This document shows positions 28,260 to 36,698 of a stretch of 48,354 bases of DNA, in pieces. The stretch's first letter is position 1, and every line of letters starts with the position of its first letter. The notes beneath the pieces were generated by a model. The model did not search any database. It was not told where the DNA came from and saw only the letters and a list, made by a program, of their open reading frames with translations. The position numbers and the translations under genes are program-made. Origin of the DNA: a virus (lineage: Duplodnaviria > Caudoviricetes); IMG/VR virus record IMGVR_UViG_3300046789_000072, positions 1 through 48,354 of that record; one strand, written 5' to 3'.

Positions 28260-29771
28260 TCAGCTCCCGTATCCATAACGACCCCGGCCCTGCGGCGTTT
28301 GGTGGCGCCTCGACCGTTCGTCGCGCTCATCGTCGACCTCGCGGTCCACCAGGTCCCGCGACTTGCCGCGCACGCCTCGAGAGGCGTACGAGCACGTGTA
28401 CATGACCATGTCGTGGCCATGGTCGTCGCCGCCCTCGCACGGGGCCTCCGGATCTGCCGGGTCCGACTGGATCGTGGGCAGCGTGCTGATGCAGTACCGC
28501 ATCGTGTTGAAGAAGACGATGCCGTTTGGGCGGCCTTCCACCTGGTTTTTCAGGCGCCGCAGGAAGAGCTGCGAGTTGTTCGCGCGCGACTTCTTGTTCG
28601 CCGCGAGCCAGGGCACGCCTGCGCGCGAAAACATCTGCGCCTTCGACAGGCTCGTGTCGCCGCGCTGCTCCCAGAGCTGCGTGTCCGCGGGCCCGGTGAT
28701 GCGCGAGCGGTTTCCAGCCCACAGGCCCATGCCCCGCTCGATCTCCTGCACGCGCTGCGCACACCGGTCAGCGTGCATCAGGCGGAACTTGAACTCGCGG
28801 ATGCCGTACAGCGTTCCGTCGTGGTCCTCGGCCCACCAGCCGATCACCCCATGGTGCTTGAAACCCCAGTCCATGGAGCGGAAGATGGGCCAATCGCCGG
28901 GGATCTTGAACGGCTCGCAGACGTGCACCGGCCGCTGCCAGTCCTCGGCGTAGTGTCCGCCGATGGTGACGTACCAGTCGCCGTACAGCATCGCCTGGCG
29001 GATGTGCGGGGGCTTGTCGAGGAGCTGCTCCTCGTAGTTCGCGACGAAGTCGGGGTCGGGGTTGTCGTAGAGCGTCGCCGGCAGGTACATGCGCGTGCGC
29101 TCGAACTTCCCGCCGTCCTTGCGCCGGAACTCCTTCGCGATGATCACGCGTCCGTTGGGGTTCGGCTCGACGAAGCGCTTCCTTACCCAGTGCGGGTCGT
29201 GCAGCGAGTAGTTCTGTCCCTTTTCGCGCTTGCAAAAAGGGTTCGAGCACGCTCGGATCTTGAGCATGTGACGGAGGACCGGATCAGCCGAGCGAAGTCG
29301 CGCGTTGATCTGATGATATTGCTCCTCGTTGAATTGCGTGAGCTCGTCGTAGCCGATGTGGGTGAACTGCTTACTGAGGTAGTTGCCCCAGTCCTCTTCG
29401 TGCTGACAGTGCCCGAACTGGTAGTGGTAGCCACTGCGGAACTCCCAGGTGTTCGTCCGCTTGTCGAACTTCGCGTCGGGGTCGACCAGCGGGAAGAACT
29501 TGTGCGAGCGCTCGATGGTCTCCTGGAGCATCGGGAACTCGCGGCGCAGGTGAAGCGCCCAGCCCGTACTCATGCCCTCGCGCATCTTGTACGGATGGTG
29601 CTTGTCACTGATGCGCGCGTGCTCGCTGATCACCTGCTCCATGGGGTCGAACAAGAGCACCATGCTTTTCCCGGGGCCGGCGGAGCCTGCGCCGAGCAGC
29701 TCGTTCACGCGGCTCGCGTGGAAGAGCTTGCCCCACTCGGAGGGGATGTAGCCTGGAACAAACTCGCTCAC
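28260..29771 (-). CDS. terL: Terminase large subunit (503 aa, GTG start)
   Basis: Walker A GSAGPGKS, Walker B IGYDE, motif C SNP, nuclease motifs MDWG and DHGHD. Confidence 0.95.
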   Translation of the reverse strand: MSEFVPGYIPSEWGKLFHASRVNELLGAGSAGPGKSMVLLFDPMEQVISEHARISDKHHPYKMREGMSTGWALHLRREFPMLQETIERSHKFFPLVDPDAKFDKRTNTWEFRSGYHYQFGHCQHEEDWGNYLSKQFTHIGYDELTQFNEEQYHQINARLRSADPVLRHMLKIRACSNPFCKREKGQNYSLHDPHWVRKRFVEPNPNGRVIIAKEFRRKDGGKFERTRMYLPATLYDNPDPDFVANYEEQLLDKPPHIRQAMLYGDWYVTIGGHYAEDWQRPVHVCEPFKIPGDWPIFRSMDWGFKHHGVIGWWAEDHDGTLYGIREFKFRLMHADRCAQRVQEIERGMGLWAGNRSRITGPADTQLWEQRGDTSLSKAQMFSRAGVPWLAANKKSRANNSQLFLRRLKNQVEGRPNGIVFFNTMRYCISTLPTIQSDPADPEAPCEGGDDHGHDMVMYTCSYASRGVRGKSRDLVDREVDDERDERSRRHQTPQGRGRYGYGS

Positions 29772-30802
29772 GCGTAATCCCCTTGGCAAAAGGCAGTGAG
29801 CTCGAGGAGCTCGGCCGGCGTCATGGCGCGCGCAACGGCTGCGTCCACGGCCCGGTGCCCCTGGGTGCCGCCCGAGCCGCCCGGATAGTTGGCGCGGTAG
29901 CCGAGAAACGTATTCACCAGGCTCGCGCGCGTACGCACGGTGCCGGAGCCTGAGCCCACGGCCACACCGTTCAGATACCAGGTCGCAGTCCCGGCCGAGT
30001 ACACGACGGCGAGCAGCTGCCACACGTTCAGCGCGAGCGGCGTCGACAGCGTGACTGAGATGTTGCCGCTCGCGCCCGCGGCGTCCACGATCTGGAGGAT
30101 GTGCGCCGTAGCGGCCCCGTATCCCACCAGGATGCGCGAGGTGCCCGCGGCGTCCTGAAAGGCCATCCAGCGGCTTGACGTGGCCGACACGTTGACCGCT
30201 AGCGGGCGCATGTAGCTGAGCAGCGTAAAGGCGCCTGTCCCGTTCAACGCCCCGGCAAGCGGCGCTGAGTTGATCGCAAGGTGACGCGTCAGCGCCCCCA
30301 CGATGCCGAGCACCTGCTTGCCTGGAACGACGTTCGTGTTCACCGCGGGACACTGCGCGATGTTGGCCTGCGAGAACACGTACCCCGCCAAGAGGTCCGG
30401 GTGACTGTTGCAGTAGCCGGTGAGCCTTGCGATCTGCGGGCCCACGCCGACGCCCACCGTCTCGAGCGCCGCCGTCGGGTTCAAGTAGTCGGTGGCCGCA
30501 CTGCTACTTCCAATCGCCGTGAATGCGCCGTTGTTGCCCGGGTTGACGTAGTTCTCGAGCGTGAGCGTCGCGCCCTGGTAGGGGACGAAGTCGACGCCGG
30601 GGGTGTTACTGCAACGGAACGTCGCGCCGCTCGGGTTGGTGATGTTGCGCGCGGAGCTTGAGCTCGCGTCCTTGACCTGCGGCGCGACCTGTACGGCCGT
30701 CTTGTACGAGTTGAAAAACAGCAGATTGGGGATGAGGAGCGGGTCGTACGCGCTACGACCGCCCTGCTGCATCAGCCAGCGCATCGTGCGGGCAGACTTC
30801 AT
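29768..30802 (-). CDS. Second LamG/concanavalin-A-like virion protein (344 aa)
   Basis: FTL...NVWQLLAVVY...TWYLNGV...RAMTPAEL. Confidence 0.75.
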   Translation of the reverse strand: MKSARTMRWLMQQGGRSAYDPLLIPNLLFFNSYKTAVQVAPQVKDASSSSARNITNPSGATFRCSNTPGVDFVPYQGATLTLENYVNPGNNGAFTAIGSSSAATDYLNPTAALETVGVGVGPQIARLTGYCNSHPDLLAGYVFSQANIAQCPAVNTNVVPGKQVLGIVGALTRHLAINSAPLAGALNGTGAFTLLSYMRPLAVNVSATSSRWMAFQDAAGTSRILVGYGAATAHILQIVDAAGASGNISVTLSTPLALNVWQLLAVVYSAGTATWYLNGVAVGSGSGTVRTRASLVNTFLGYRANYPGGSGGTQGHRAVDAAVARAMTPAELLELTAFCQGDYA

Positions 30803-31374
30803 ACCGCGCAGCTCCCGCTCAGGAGCCACGTGTCGATCGCCGTCTGCTCGGCGAACACGAACTTGCTCGCGGCCGACACCTTCGCCCCGTCGGGCGCCAC
30901 CAGGGTGCCGGCGGCGGCGATGGTGGGCTGGCCCGTGCTCGCCCACAGAAACCGGAGCACGGTGCCCACCTCGTACGGAATGGTTGCGTGCAGGGGAATC
31001 GTGTGCGTGACAGCTGCCGCGTGCGTGCAGGCGATCGTCTTGAATGCGTCCTCGAGGACGAAGACGTGCGACACGGGCTCAGGCAGATACACGAGGTACG
31101 GGGAGAGCGCGTCGTCGATGCCGGCGAGATGGAAGAGGAGCAGGTCGAGGGCCGCCGTGTAGTTCACGGCAGGGAAGGCGACGTTGAGCAGGGCGCCCTC
31201 GAGCGCATCGCTCCCTCCGAACTCGTGGCTGTCCGCGTGGGGGCCTACCGGAGCGGATCCCTGCGCGATCAGGGCCATGGCCGACCGGAGCTCACGCAGG
31301 AGCGGGATGATCTCCTTGTTCAGCGCCTCGACGACGTTCTCCATCGTGAGGGGCTTGGGGCTGATGCCTCTCAC
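30799..31374 (-). CDS. Fibre-associated virion protein (191 aa)
   Basis: HADSHEFGGSD motif and C-terminal TIP....YEVGT...DTWLLSG domain. Confidence 0.65.
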   Translation of the reverse strand: MRGISPKPLTMENVVEALNKEIIPLLRELRSAMALIAQGSAPVGPHADSHEFGGSDALEGALLNVAFPAVNYTAALDLLLFHLAGIDDALSPYLVYLPEPVSHVFVLEDAFKTIACTHAAAVTHTIPLHATIPYEVGTVLRFLWASTGQPTIAAAGTLVAPDGAKVSAASKFVFAEQTAIDTWLLSGSCAV

Positions 31375-31766
31375 GGCGTCCCCTCCAGGCACTCGAGGAT
31401 CGCCTTGTACAGCTCCGCGCGCTTCGGGGGGTTCTTCGGCCCCTCCTCGAGCCACGCCTTGCGCGCCTTCTCCGAGAGCTCGTGCCAGCCCTTGCGCGCC
31501 TTCGCGTGCTCGCCGAGCGACTTCAGGAGCATCTGGTCAGCCGCGAACGCCACCTGCACCACCTGCACGTGCGACACGGGCCGGTACGTGCGCTCGGGCA
31601 GCCAGTGCTTCTCGTCGTAGTCCTGCAAGACCTCCTGGTTCACACGGTCCAGGCGCACGAGGTCCTTGCCCTCACGGCGCACGAGGTAGCCGAGGTCCGA
31701 CGTCGAGCTGTGGCGCACGTAAATGCGCTGCCAAGGCTCGGGGTCCCAGTTGTCCGGCGTGCCCAC
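31371..31766 (-). CDS. Hypothetical protein
   Basis: Coupled ORF with GC3-rich codons. Confidence 0.65.
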   Translation of the reverse strand: MGTPDNWDPEPWQRIYVRHSSTSDLGYLVRREGKDLVRLDRVNQEVLQDYDEKHWLPERTYRPVSHVQVVQVAFAADQMLLKSLGEHAKARKGWHELSEKARKAWLEEGPKNPPKRAELYKAILECLEGTP

Positions 31767-31767
31767 G

Positions 31768-32232
31768 TCATTCCCCGTCGGTCTCGTAAATCTTCTCGAA
31801 CTGCGGCATCGACTGCACGATCTGCACGTTCACCGCGAGCGGCCGGACCTCGCCCTTGTCGCCCGCACGCGCCTTCAGGATGCCGATGGCCGTCTTCTGC
31901 GCGAGCGTGAGCCCCGCGGGCGCCTCGCTCGTCTTCATCAGGCCGTACTTCATCAGCCGGAACAGCTTCTGCGGATCCGGGTCGTTCTTGAAGCGCTCGA
32001 GGAAGGCCTCGTCGGGCTCGGTCAGCTGCGGGTCGATGTCCGCGAACTTCATCGCCCCGTTGATCACCCGGAGCGACTCCTCGAGCAGCTCGTCCTCGAG
32101 CCCGCGCAGGTCCTCCTGGCGCCTGTCCATGGCCTGCTCGTACTGACCGCGGATGTCTGCAGACACCGTCGTGACCCGGTGCGTCTGGCTGACGGGAACC
32201 ATGGGCACGTCCTCGGTGAGCGTCTTGGGCAT
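31768..32232 (-). CDS. Terminase small subunit candidate (154 aa)
   Basis: Helical protein with a C-terminal beta strand (AVNVQIV), upstream of TerL; positional inference. Confidence 0.45.
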   Translation of the reverse strand: MPKTLTEDVPMVPVSQTHRVTTVSADIRGQYEQAMDRRQEDLRGLEDELLEESLRVINGAMKFADIDPQLTEPDEAFLERFKNDPDPQKLFRLMKYGLMKTSEAPAGLTLAQKTAIGILKARAGDKGEVRPLAVNVQIVQSMPQFEKIYETDGE

Positions 32233-32234
32233 GC

Positions 32235-32738
32235 TCAGCCCGCCATCACGTCGAGCGACGTCTGCGTCGCCGAGCGCGCGATGAAGAGCCTGCCCTCCTC
32301 GTCGGTCATGCAGCGACTGTGCGTCACGACCAGGTACACGCCGTTCCGGTCGGGGTCGACCCCGAAGAAGTGCCTGTAGTCCAGGATGGCTTTCCAGCCG
32401 TCGTTGTAGAGCGAGCCGCGCTTGACCAGCGCGTCCTGGATGATCTTCTGCGCGCCCGCGCCGACGCCGTCCTTGTCGCGGCGCTTGTTCTCCTCGATGC
32501 AGATGAAGTTGAAGTACCCGCACGGCGGGCAGTCGAACGCCTGCTCGCCGCAGAGCCGGTCGATGATCTCGTGCCAGCGCTTCTTGAGGTTGTTGTACTC
32601 GTTCGGGAGCTTCGAGGGCATGAAGGCCTGCGAACGCATCGCGGGCGGCACGAAGACGTGGAGCTTCGCGTTGATGATGTCGTTGAGGTTGGGCATCTTG
32701 CCCGGGATCCACAACACGACTGGCGCCTCTCCACTCAT
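32235..32738 (-). CDS. rusA: RusA-family Holliday junction resolvase (167 aa)
   Basis: PNLN, KRRDKDG...KIIQDALVKRG.L.NDG; GGAGGAG RBS. Confidence 0.8.
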   Translation of the reverse strand: MSGEAPVVLWIPGKMPNLNDIINAKLHVFVPPAMRSQAFMPSKLPNEYNNLKKRWHEIIDRLCGEQAFDCPPCGYFNFICIEENKRRDKDGVGAGAQKIIQDALVKRGSLYNDGWKAILDYRHFFGVDPDRNGVYLVVTHSRCMTDEEGRLFIARSATQTSLDVMAG

Positions 32739-32821
32739 GCGCTCCTCCGTAAAATGCCGTCTCTCCGAGCTGTCACGCCTAGGGACCGGCGTTCGCCATA
32801 CAGGGCAAGGTTGGTGCCCCG

Positions 32822-33088
32822 TCAACTCGCCTCGTCCTCGTCGTCCAGTACGAAGTCGGGCGGCGACTCCTCGGGCGGCTCGATCAGAAGCGTCGCGCGC
32901 TTGAGCGCGTCCTTGCGCCCCGGCGCCTTCTCCGCCGTCATCGCGTAGTCGTTCACGATGCCGAGCACCCGGCGGCGTGACGGCTTGTCGAGCGCCATCA
33001 GCTCCATGTAGATGCGGCGCGCGACGAGCTGCTCCCGAAAGAACGGGTCCATCTCCGCGTGCTTCGCTCTGCCGTTGCCCTTCGCCAT
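32822..33088 (-). CDS. Hypothetical protein (88 aa)
   Basis: GGAG RBS; GC3-rich codons. Confidence 0.6.
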   Translation of the reverse strand: MAKGNGRAKHAEMDPFFREQLVARRIYMELMALDKPSRRRVLGIVNDYAMTAEKAPGRKDALKRATLLIEPPEESPPDFVLDDEDEAS

Positions 33089-33251
33089 GACGCTCTCCGA
33101 AAAAATGAAGCGAGCGGCGAGAAGGAGACGCACAGCGGTGGGGGTGCGAGCGTCTTTGCAAGTGCCGGGGGGACTGGCTTGTTCATGCCGCCCGCTTCAC
33201 GGGGGACCATGACATTGGTCCGTAACGAATGGCGACAAAAATCGTAAGGCC

Positions 33252-33821
33252 TCAGGTGTCTTTTACGGTCAGCAGACGAACCTTGCGCGTGTCTTCACCC
33301 TCGAGGCTGATCGCCGTGATGTATTCGCCGTCGTCATCCACCGCGTTTTCAAGCTCTTGGATGCGCGTATAGAGCACATGCGTACGCGCGTCGGAGACGC
33401 TGCGCGCGGCCTTCATGCCCAGCACAATGCCGCGTGCGGCGGTGAGAGATTGCATCTCTCGCGCAGCACCGACCTTCTCCGCACGCTCGTAAACGACGGG
33501 CTCTTCGCGCCCTTCACTCGCGAGTTCGAGTACGAGCTCAGGCACGCTGCGCACCGCCTCGAGCAGCGACAAGGCGGTCTGCAGACGTGCGCATGTGACG
33601 GCCAGGTCGTGTTCTGCGGACCTCTTCTTCGAGGCCATCTCGCCCGCCACCTCGGTCACCGTGCTGAGCTTCTCGCGGTAGCGGATGAGCTCACGCTGCG
33701 CTTCGGCGAGCTCGGCGCCCGCCGCCTTCTCCCTGGCGCAGGCCTGGTTGCGTTCGAACCTTAGGGACGAGAGCAGTCTGGAGACTCGCTCCTCCTCGCG
33801 CCGCTTGATCCCGAACATCAC
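33252..33821 (-). CDS. Coiled-coil hypothetical protein
   Basis: GGAGG RBS; heptad pattern. Confidence 0.6.
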   Translation of the reverse strand: MMFGIKRREEERVSRLLSSLRFERNQACAREKAAGAELAEAQRELIRYREKLSTVTEVAGEMASKKRSAEHDLAVTCARLQTALSLLEAVRSVPELVLELASEGREEPVVYERAEKVGAAREMQSLTAARGIVLGMKAARSVSDARTHVLYTRIQELENAVDDDGEYITAISLEGEDTRKVRLLTVKDT

Positions 33822-33839
33822 GCCTCCCCTACCGAACGA

Positions 33840-34301
33840 TCAGGCGTCCGGTCTCGGCCAGTCTGGAACGTCGGCGGGGTCGATGACCACCTGCTTGCCG
33901 CACAGCTTGCGATGGTGCGCGGCCCGGCAGGCGGCCTGCTTCTTCTGCAACCTCTCCGCGCCAGCCCGCAGCTCCGCCTCGAGCTCGGGGCTGCGGCCCT
34001 CGACCGGGCGGCGGCGGAAGAGCGAAGCGGCCTTGCGCTCGTCGACCCAGATTTGCCCCGCGGCCTTCGCCACGACGAAGGCCTGCTTCGTCAGCGCGGT
34101 GAGCCCGGTCTGCACGGAAAACCGCCCGATGCCCAGGCGCTCTGCGGCCTCGAGCTGCGTGAGCCGGGCGACCCCGTCGGCCCCCGCGTGCGCGGCATAG
34201 AGCCGCAAGAGCCGGCGCGCACTGCGGGGCAGCGCGTCGAACGCCTCCGCCGCATCGTCGAACACCAACAGCGCCCTCGAGCGCTCACCACGTTGCTCCA
34301 T
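33840..34301 (-). CDS. Winged-helix DNA-binding protein (initiator- or regulator-like)
   Basis: LTQLEAAERLGIGRFSVQTGLTALTKQAFV helix-turn-helix. Confidence 0.6.
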   Translation of the reverse strand: MEQRGERSRALLVFDDAAEAFDALPRSARRLLRLYAAHAGADGVARLTQLEAAERLGIGRFSVQTGLTALTKQAFVVAKAAGQIWVDERKAASLFRRRPVEGRSPELEAELRAGAERLQKKQAACRAAHHRKLCGKQVVIDPADVPDWPRPDA

Positions 34302-34446
34302 GCCCCACCCCTTTTCCGCCACACGGTGACGAAGTCCCACAGCTCCCCGCAACAGATATTTCCAGGGCGTGTCACGAATGACCAGGAGGAGCCCCCGAGC
34401 CACACGATCGGGTGAAGGGGGGTTTGGGCCGGACGGATGTCTGGAA

Positions 34447-34550
34447 TTTGTGGCACTCAGTGACTGGTTTTTGTGGCACTCGCCTCCCGGTTTTTCCCGT
34501 GTTTTGCTTAAGACGCACTTAGTTAAACAGAGATCCTACCTTTCGTAGTT
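34447..34550. repeat. Iteron-like direct repeats and AT-rich tract (origin or operator candidate)
   Basis: TTTGTGGCACTC at 34447 and 34470 (23-bp period, with GGTTTTT in the same register), followed by AT-rich sequence. Confidence 0.45.
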
Positions 34551-34566
34551 TCCGAGGAGACCCGAA

Positions 34567-34983
34567 ATGGAACAGAACCCTCGGGGCCGCGGCCTGAAGT
34601 CCGCGACCCAACCAAGTCATGCCGGAGAGGTTGAGCTCGCGCATGACGGTATGCTGCGACCGTCCGCTTCGCCTGGAGAGGCTGGGGATGGACGATTGTT
34701 CCCCGATGTACCGTGCTGTGTTGGGTTCACCGTGAAACCGTCTTTTCCGCGGAGAGAGGTTAGACGAGAACACAACATTCACGGGCTCAATGGCAGTGTT
34801 CTGTCCCCTGGACGGGGATATAAGCTCTCCGAGGTCGCTCGATTCCTGCGGCGAAGCGAGAGCGCTATCCGCGCAGCGGCTAAGAGCCTTGGAATGCTCA
34901 GGAGACTCCCGCGAGACCGCAGATACCGTCCGCTCAGTAGAGCCCAGACGAAGCGGTTGATCCAGCACTGTAGGGCGATGTAG
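34567..34983 (+). CDS. Small HTH protein (true start uncertain, probably shorter)
   Basis: C-terminal YKLSEVARFLRRSESAIRAAAKSLG helix-turn-helix. Confidence 0.45.
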   Translation: MEQNPRGRGLKSATQPSHAGEVELAHDGMLRPSASPGEAGDGRLFPDVPCCVGFTVKPSFPRREVRREHNIHGLNGSVLSPGRGYKLSEVARFLRRSESAIRAAAKSLGMLRRLPRDRRYRPLSRAQTKRLIQHCRAM

Positions 34984-35295
34984 GTCCCAAGTCTTTGAGG
35001 CAGAATTTGCACAGAGGTGGGTACCGCGCCAGCGGTCTCCCTCTCCTCCCGGGGGGGTGCCGCCTCGGCGGCGCACCTGCCTGAAGAGACGCGCTTGCGC
35101 GCGCGTGCGCGTGCACGTGAAGTAACCGTGCGGAGGCGCTGCGCGCGTGTGGTTCACTCCGAGCCGAGAGCCGAGCCGAGCAGGAGGGGGGCACCCCCGG
35201 GAAACGCGCGTGCGCGCGTCTGGAGACTCTCAGATCTGAGGGTTGGCAAGAGCCAACACTGCCTGTAGTCAGCACTCCTCAGCGGCCTGGCCGCA

Positions 35296-35400
35296 TGACA
35301 AAATACGTCACTTCTCGGCGCAAAACGTCAGGTGCTCTTTCCGCAGCAATCTCAACCCGATCACCCGATTGGGTGATCTAGCATCCGGCGTAGAACGTCA
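35296..35400. promoter_or_regulatory. Three YGRC-N7-GTCA boxes and a perfect palindrome
   Basis: TGACAAAATACGTCA (35296), CGGCGCAAAACGTCA (35316), CGGCGTAGAACGTCA (35386); GATCACCC-gatt-GGGTGATC (35359-35378). Confidence 0.55.
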
Positions 35401-35453
35401 CCCTAAGGTGTGGTTTGCGTAGAGTACCTTACGCTCTAGGGGGGGGTTTCGAG

Positions 35454-35471
35454 CTGGCACGCGGGCTGCAA
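35454..35471 (+). promoter_or_regulatory. Sigma54-type promoter (-24/-12) facing the early genes
   Basis: CTGGCACG-CGGG-CTGCAA with exact GG-N10-GC spacing. Confidence 0.55.
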
Positions 35472-35875
35472 TAGGCCCTTGTCGAGCGACGATGACACGG
35501 ACGGACGGTGAGCGACGGTGCACCCCGATGCACTGCCCACCCAGGCGAGCGGCTCCGGCCATTCCCCTGCGAACACTCCCTCGGTAGGGAGCTGCCTGCT
35601 ACGGCGCGCAACTGCGCGCTTCTGAAAACCTGGCTGAGCCTGCTACGAGTGCGCGAGAGAACGCGTGTGGCGTAGACGCTTGCAGCCGCAACACGCATCG
35701 GCACGCCTCACAAGCGCGCCATGCCGACTGGCCTCGCTGAGACACCTTGCCCGCCGATCGCTCCATGTGAAGCGCGGGACGTCGCAAGGGACTCGCAGGC
35801 CGCACGCAAGCTCTGTAGCTTGCTCGCTGCGCAGTGACTCTCACGAGTGCTGCGCAGCCGGGAGGATACAGACCA

Positions 35876-35956
35876 ATGACTGATCGCATCATCGCACTTT
35901 CCATCTCTCTCACGACCCTTGGCACCGTGCTCGCTTTCCTCACGGTGTCGCTGTGA
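35876..35956 (+). CDS. 26-aa single-TM peptide, not in the ORF track
   Basis: MTDRIIALSISLTTLGTVLAFLTVSL; GGAGG RBS; GTGA-coupled to the next ORF. Confidence 0.6.
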   Translation: MTDRIIALSISLTTLGTVLAFLTVSL

Positions 35957-36171
35957 GGCTCTACCACACGGCAATCGCGCTGCTTGACGCCGGCGACAGC
36001 GCCATGGTGCAGCTCGAGAACGACTACGATGAGAAAGACCGCGGGCAGCGTAGCCTGGTTTCTGGGCTCATCTGCAAGCGAGTAGCTGTTCACTCTAGCC
36101 ACTCGGGCGTGAGCGCGTTCGAGGGCGCTGTCGTCCGCGCTTCCGTGGATTGCGCGTTCTACCGCAAGTGA
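35953..36171 (+). CDS. Hypothetical early protein
   Basis: GTGA coupling to the preceding peptide. Confidence 0.5.
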   Translation: MRLYHTAIALLDAGDSAMVQLENDYDEKDRGQRSLVSGLICKRVAVHSSHSGVSAFEGAVVRASVDCAFYRK

Positions 36172-36220
36172 CCCGCTAGCCCGCATGACTCCCGAGTCGT
36201 GCGAGGCGCTGAGGTGACAC

Positions 36221-36445
36221 ATGCATCCCGATGAGATTGAAGAGATGGAATACGCTGCTTTCGCGCACAGTGACTACCTGCGCGAAGCCTACGGACCGAC
36301 GGCGCGCGACGCGGACCGGTTCTACGATTGGGGCGACGTCGAGCCATTCGTGGGCCCGCGGTCCGCGCGCTACTGCTCGCACACCATCGCGTGCGTGACT
36401 GCACTGCTCGTGTGCTTTGGCTACTTCGACGAGATTCCGTTCTGA
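36221..36445 (+). CDS. Small acidic early protein ending in DEIPF
   Basis: GAGGT RBS; SSB-like C-terminal tail. Confidence 0.7.
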   Translation: MHPDEIEEMEYAAFAHSDYLREAYGPTARDADRFYDWGDVEPFVGPRSARYCSHTIACVTALLVCFGYFDEIPF

Positions 36446-36496
36446 ACGCTGCTTGCTGCTCCCGACCACGGTCGGGCGCAGCCGGGAGGTTTCAAC

Positions 36497-36697
36497 ATGG
36501 ATCGATTCGATATCTGCGATGCGTTCTACGTGTTCGGCGTGCTCTGGCATGACGGCCAGGACAGCAAGGCCTACGGCTACCTGAGCCGACTCACGCGCAT
36601 GGGCTACAAGCCGGGCCTGTCGGCCGAGCGCTGCAAGCTCACGAGCGAGGGCGCGCGCGCGGTCTACCGCGAGCTTTGCAAGGCGCACGGGTGCTGA
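36497..36697 (+). CDS. Hypothetical early protein (DRFDIC..Y...WH.GQ.S..Y..LSRL)
   Basis: GGAGGT RBS; motif common in small phage early proteins. Confidence 0.7.
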   Translation: MDRFDICDAFYVFGVLWHDGQDSKAYGYLSRLTRMGYKPGLSAERCKLTSEGARAVYRELCKAHGC

Positions 36698-36698
36698 C

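Noticed and set aside
5812-29777. Long plus-strand ORFs (for example 16302..18839 and 25884..27854)
   Set aside because: Antisense shadows of GC3-biased minus-strand genes; no motifs or RBS.
4323-30802. Diversity-generating retroelement acting on the adhesins
   Set aside because: No reverse transcriptase and no adenine-variable TR/VR pair was seen.
34451-34490. TGGCAC repeats as sigma54 promoters
   Set aside because: No GC at the -12 position in either copy.
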